Below, in pieces: positions 33,539 through 36,163 of a stretch of 36,163 bases of DNA (its first letter is position 1; each line of letters starts with the position of its first letter). Under the pieces are notes generated by a model. The model did no database searches and was not told where the DNA came from. It saw only the letters and a list, made by a program, of their open reading frames with translations. The position numbers were made by a program, and so were the translations under genes. Source of the DNA: an uncultured Kordiimonadaceae bacterium (GTDB taxonomy: Bacteria > Pseudomonadota > Alphaproteobacteria > Sphingomonadales > Emcibacteraceae); the NCBI GenBank assembly GCA_937914685.1, contig CALDNY010000296.1:1-36163 (forward strand), read 5' to 3'.

Positions 33539-36163
33539 ATGAAAGATATATCAAACCAAGCGCGATTAGGTAAAAGCCATATTAAGGCCGTCCTTGGCCC
33601 GACCAACACAGGCAAGACCCACCTTGCGGTTGAACGAATGCTTGGTCATAATTCTGGTATGATCGGCCTGCCGCTTCGTTTGTTGGCGCGGGAAATATAT
33701 GATCGCATCGTGGCAAGACAAGGGGCTCTTCATGTGGCCTTGATTACGGGCGAAGAAAAAATTATACCGCCCCACGCCCGCTATTATGTCTGTACTGTTG
33801 AAAGTATGCCCATCGAAAAAGACGTTGATTTTATGGCTATTGATGAAGTGCAGTTGGCGTCTGATTTTGATCGAGGGCATGTTTTTACGGATCGTTTACT
33901 TAGGGCTAGGGGCCGTTATGAAACCATGTTCCTTGGCTCTGAAACGATACATTCTCTCATCAAAAGGCTGATCCCGGATGTGGAATTTATCAACCGGCCG
34001 CGATTTTCAGAATTGATTTATGTAGATCCCAAAAAAATAAGCCGCCTGCCTCGCAGAAGCGCGCTTATCACTTTTAGCAGTGCCAATGTCTATGCTTATG
34101 CAGAGATGCTACGCCGCTCAAAAGGCGGTGTAGCAGTGGTCATGGGCGCTTTAAGTCCGCGCACAAGAAATGCACAAGTAGAACTTTATGAAAATGGTGA
34201 TGTGGATTATGTGGTGGCAACGGACGCCATCGGCATGGGTTTGAATATGGATATTGATCACGTCTCCTTTGCGGCAACGTCAAAATATGACGGTCGGGGA
34301 ATGCGAGAATTAACATCTGCTGAAATTGCACAAATCGCCGGGCGCGCGGGAAGATATATGAATAACGGAACATTTGGCTGCATGAGCGAAGGGGCGGATT
34401 ATCAAACGGGTTTAAGCCCACAAATGGTCTATAGTATAGAAAATCATCAATTCGCCCCACAGACTATTTTGCAATGGCGCAATGTATTTCTTGATTTTAG
34501 CCGCGCCGATACGGTGATTCGTTCTTTAAACGCTGTTCCAGACCGTTTTGGACTAACCCGCACTATCGAAAAGCAGGATATGCGCACTTTTGCAAAATTA
34601 GCAGATGATCCAGAGATTAAATCTTATTTGGGTGGTCCTGCGGCGGTAAAAATATTGTGGGAAGTCTGTCAAATTCCCGATTTCAGACAGGTTTCTGATG
34701 ATGAGCATGTGAAACTTTGCAGTGAAATTTTTCGGCAGGTTTCCGCCAATAATGGTCTGATTAGTGAGGATTGGCTTGGTCAAATGGTTCAACCCTTACA
34801 ACGAATGGACGGCGACATAGATGCTTTATCAACACGTATTGCTCATATCCGTACTTTGACCTATATTACCAATCGAAATGGCTGGTGCGAAAAACAAAAA
34901 TATTGGCAAACAACAACAAGAGATATTGAAGATAGGCTATCAGATGCGCTACATGAACGCTTGAAACAACGGTTCGTTAATAAACGGACCTCTGTGTTAA
35001 TGCGGGAATTACGCCAAAAAGGAAAATTAATGGCAAATATTGAATCGGATGGCAGTGTTTATGTTGAAGAACATTTCATCGGAACTATAGAAGGTTTTCA
35101 GTTTAAGGAAGACGAAGGGGCATTTGGCGAGGATAGCAAAACCTTGCGCAGTGCCGCTGGTAAAGTGTTGACACAAGAGATCCAAAGGCGCGCCGAAGAA
35201 TTTAGCCTAGCCGAAGAGGGTGAAATCAGCCTTATTTTTGGTGACCCCCTCACCAGAAGCACCCTGAACTGGCGCGGAGTTGTGGTCGGTCGTGTTGAAA
35301 AAGGCCCCTCAATTTTAACACCAAAAGCCGTTGTGATTCCGACACCTACGTTGCAAGGGGACGCTTTAAATTTAGTTCAAGCAAAATTGAATCGCTGGTT
35401 GGAGGCTCATATTGGTGAAACACTTGCGCCACTTTTTGCCTTAGAAGAAGCCGTAAACGGCGCAAAGGATGAAGAAGGGAATGAACGTCTTAGCGGTATG
35501 GCGCGCGGCATAGCTTTTCAAATGGTCGAAAAACTAGGCACAATTCCACGTCGTCTTGTTGCCAAAGATTTTAAAGATGTTGATCGCGATGGGCGTTTTC
35601 AAATCAAAAAACTTGGAATCTGGCTTGGCGCGGCCAGCCTTTATATTCCAAATCTGTTAAAGCCCGCCCCTGCCCAAATCCGCTTATTTCTTTGGGCTCT
35701 TTATAATGATCAGGATAATTTGCCCAATATTCCCCCTGCGGGACTTTGTACTATTAAGATAGACAAAAATGCCCCACGAACTTTTTATGAAGTATCAGGA
35801 TACCGGGTTGTGGGTAATAACGCTGTGCGCCTTGATATGTTAGAAAGACTTGCTAATGCCGCCCGCGAAGTCTCTATGAAAGGGCCATTTGAATTTGACC
35901 CTAATTTGATGAGTTTGGTGGGAACCAGCGGCGATGATTTTATAGAAATTATGAATTACCTAGGGTATGTCACCAAAGAATATAGTGCTGAGGCCGCAGC
36001 AAATATTTTAGCAAAAAGAGCCGCAGAAGAAGAAAAAGAAGTCGCCCTCAAAGCGACAATGCCAACAGAAGCCGTTAAAGAAGAAACGAAGCTAGAAGAA
36101 GTTGTTAAAGAGGAAACGAAGCCAGAGGAAACGAAGCCAGAGGAAACGAAGCCAGAGGAAACG
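33539..36163 (+). CDS. SUV3-like (MgpS-type) SF2 helicase, 3'-truncated by the window end
   Basis: Read manually: MKDISNQ…VLGPTNTGKTH, PLRLLARE, CTVESM, IDEVQL, VATDAIGMGLN, QIAGRAGR, DRLSDALHERL..RFV. The frame is still open at the window end (875 codons) and is absent from the ORF track because no stop is reached. Confidence 0.92.
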   Translation, partial: MKDISNQARLGKSHIKAVLGPTNTGKTHLAVERMLGHNSGMIGLPLRLLAREIYDRIVARQGALHVALITGEEKIIPPHARYYVCTVESMPIEKDVDFMAIDEVQLASDFDRGHVFTDRLLRARGRYETMFLGSETIHSLIKRLIPDVEFINRPRFSELIYVDPKKISRLPRRSALITFSSANVYAYAEMLRRSKGGVAVVMGALSPRTRNAQVELYENGDVDYVVATDAIGMGLNMDIDHVSFAATSKYDGRGMRELTSAEIAQIAGRAGRYMNNGTFGCMSEGADYQTGLSPQMVYSIENHQFAPQTILQWRNVFLDFSRADTVIRSLNAVPDRFGLTRTIEKQDMRTFAKLADDPEIKSYLGGPAAVKILWEVCQIPDFRQVSDDEHVKLCSEIFRQVSANNGLISEDWLGQMVQPLQRMDGDIDALSTRIAHIRTLTYITNRNGWCEKQKYWQTTTRDIEDRLSDALHERLKQRFVNKRTSVLMRELRQKGKLMANIESDGSVYVEEHFIGTIEGFQFKEDEGAFGEDSKTLRSAAGKVLTQEIQRRAEEFSLAEEGEISLIFGDPLTRSTLNWRGVVVGRVEKGPSILTPKAVVIPTPTLQGDALNLVQAKLNRWLEAHIGETLAPLFALEEAVNGAKDEEGNERLSGMARGIAFQMVEKLGTIPRRLVAKDFKDVDRDGRFQIKKLGIWLGAASLYIPNLLKPAPAQIRLFLWALYNDQDNLPNIPPAGLCTIKIDKNAPRTFYEVSGYRVVGNNAVRLDMLERLANAAREVSMKGPFEFDPNLMSLVGTSGDDFIEIMNYLGYVTKEYSAEAAANILAKRAAEEEKEVALKATMPTEAVKEETKLEEVVKEETKPEETKPEETKPEET
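36110..36163 (+). repeat. Coding tandem repeat, 15-bp unit GAGGAAACGAAGCCA (EETKP), at least 3.6 copies
   Basis: Units at 36110, 36125, 36140 and a partial unit at 36155, in frame with the helicase. Preceded by a related imperfect 30-bp unit (EAVKEETKLE/EVVKEETKPE). Confidence 0.95.

Noticed and set aside
1103-34792. Many short ORFs in the track nested in or antisense to long genes (e.g. 1103-1522, 2799-3104, 9542-9847, 21918-22238, 23700-24038, 25303-25653, 31708-32100, 33566-33880, 34140-34460)
   Set aside because: They lie within well-supported genes and have no recognisable motifs; they are shadow ORFs.
24224-36163. CRISPR interpretation of the short repeats (24224, 32242, 36110)
   Set aside because: Units are 15-18 bp, two sets are tandem with no spacers, one is in-frame coding, and there are no cas genes.
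1-36163. Mobile elements, prophage, defence systems, tRNA/rRNA
   Set aside because: No transposase, integrase, phage or defence-like ORF, and no intergenic stretch with tRNA/rRNA features.

Overview
AT-rich, gene-dense chromosomal window from an alphaproteobacterium. A marine Emcibacter/Kordiimonas-like lineage is a guess from gene order and composition, not a tested assignment. The left half is mostly a recognisable conserved block: tlpA / argH-lptM-lysA-DUF4175 / CpdR2-like regulator / zitP / ftsEX-ydcF-plsC / DUF2125 / tyrA-hisC / metX-metW / methyltransferase. It is preceded by a ZnuD-like TonB-dependent receptor with a clear Zur box. The right half carries an M13 lipoprotein peptidase, a YHS protein, etfB-etfA-hbd, feoAB, an SDR, an ALDH7-family dehydrogenase with an Lrp regulator, a secreted DmpA-type peptidase and a SUV3-like helicase that runs off the window inside a 15-bp coding tandem repeat. 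The ORF track misses the small lipoprotein gene and the helicase. The most unusual element is an operon of three tandem fumarylacetoacetate-hydrolase (FAH)-family genes at 24256-26755. All three carry apparent export signal peptides, share non-canonical active-site substitutions, differ mainly in the lid loop, and sit behind a sigma70-like promoter with a palindrome in its spacer. This is a candidate periplasmic FAH-fold enzyme system of unknown substrate. I saw no rRNA, tRNA, CRISPR array or mobile element. All family calls come from motif recognition by eye; no searches were run.
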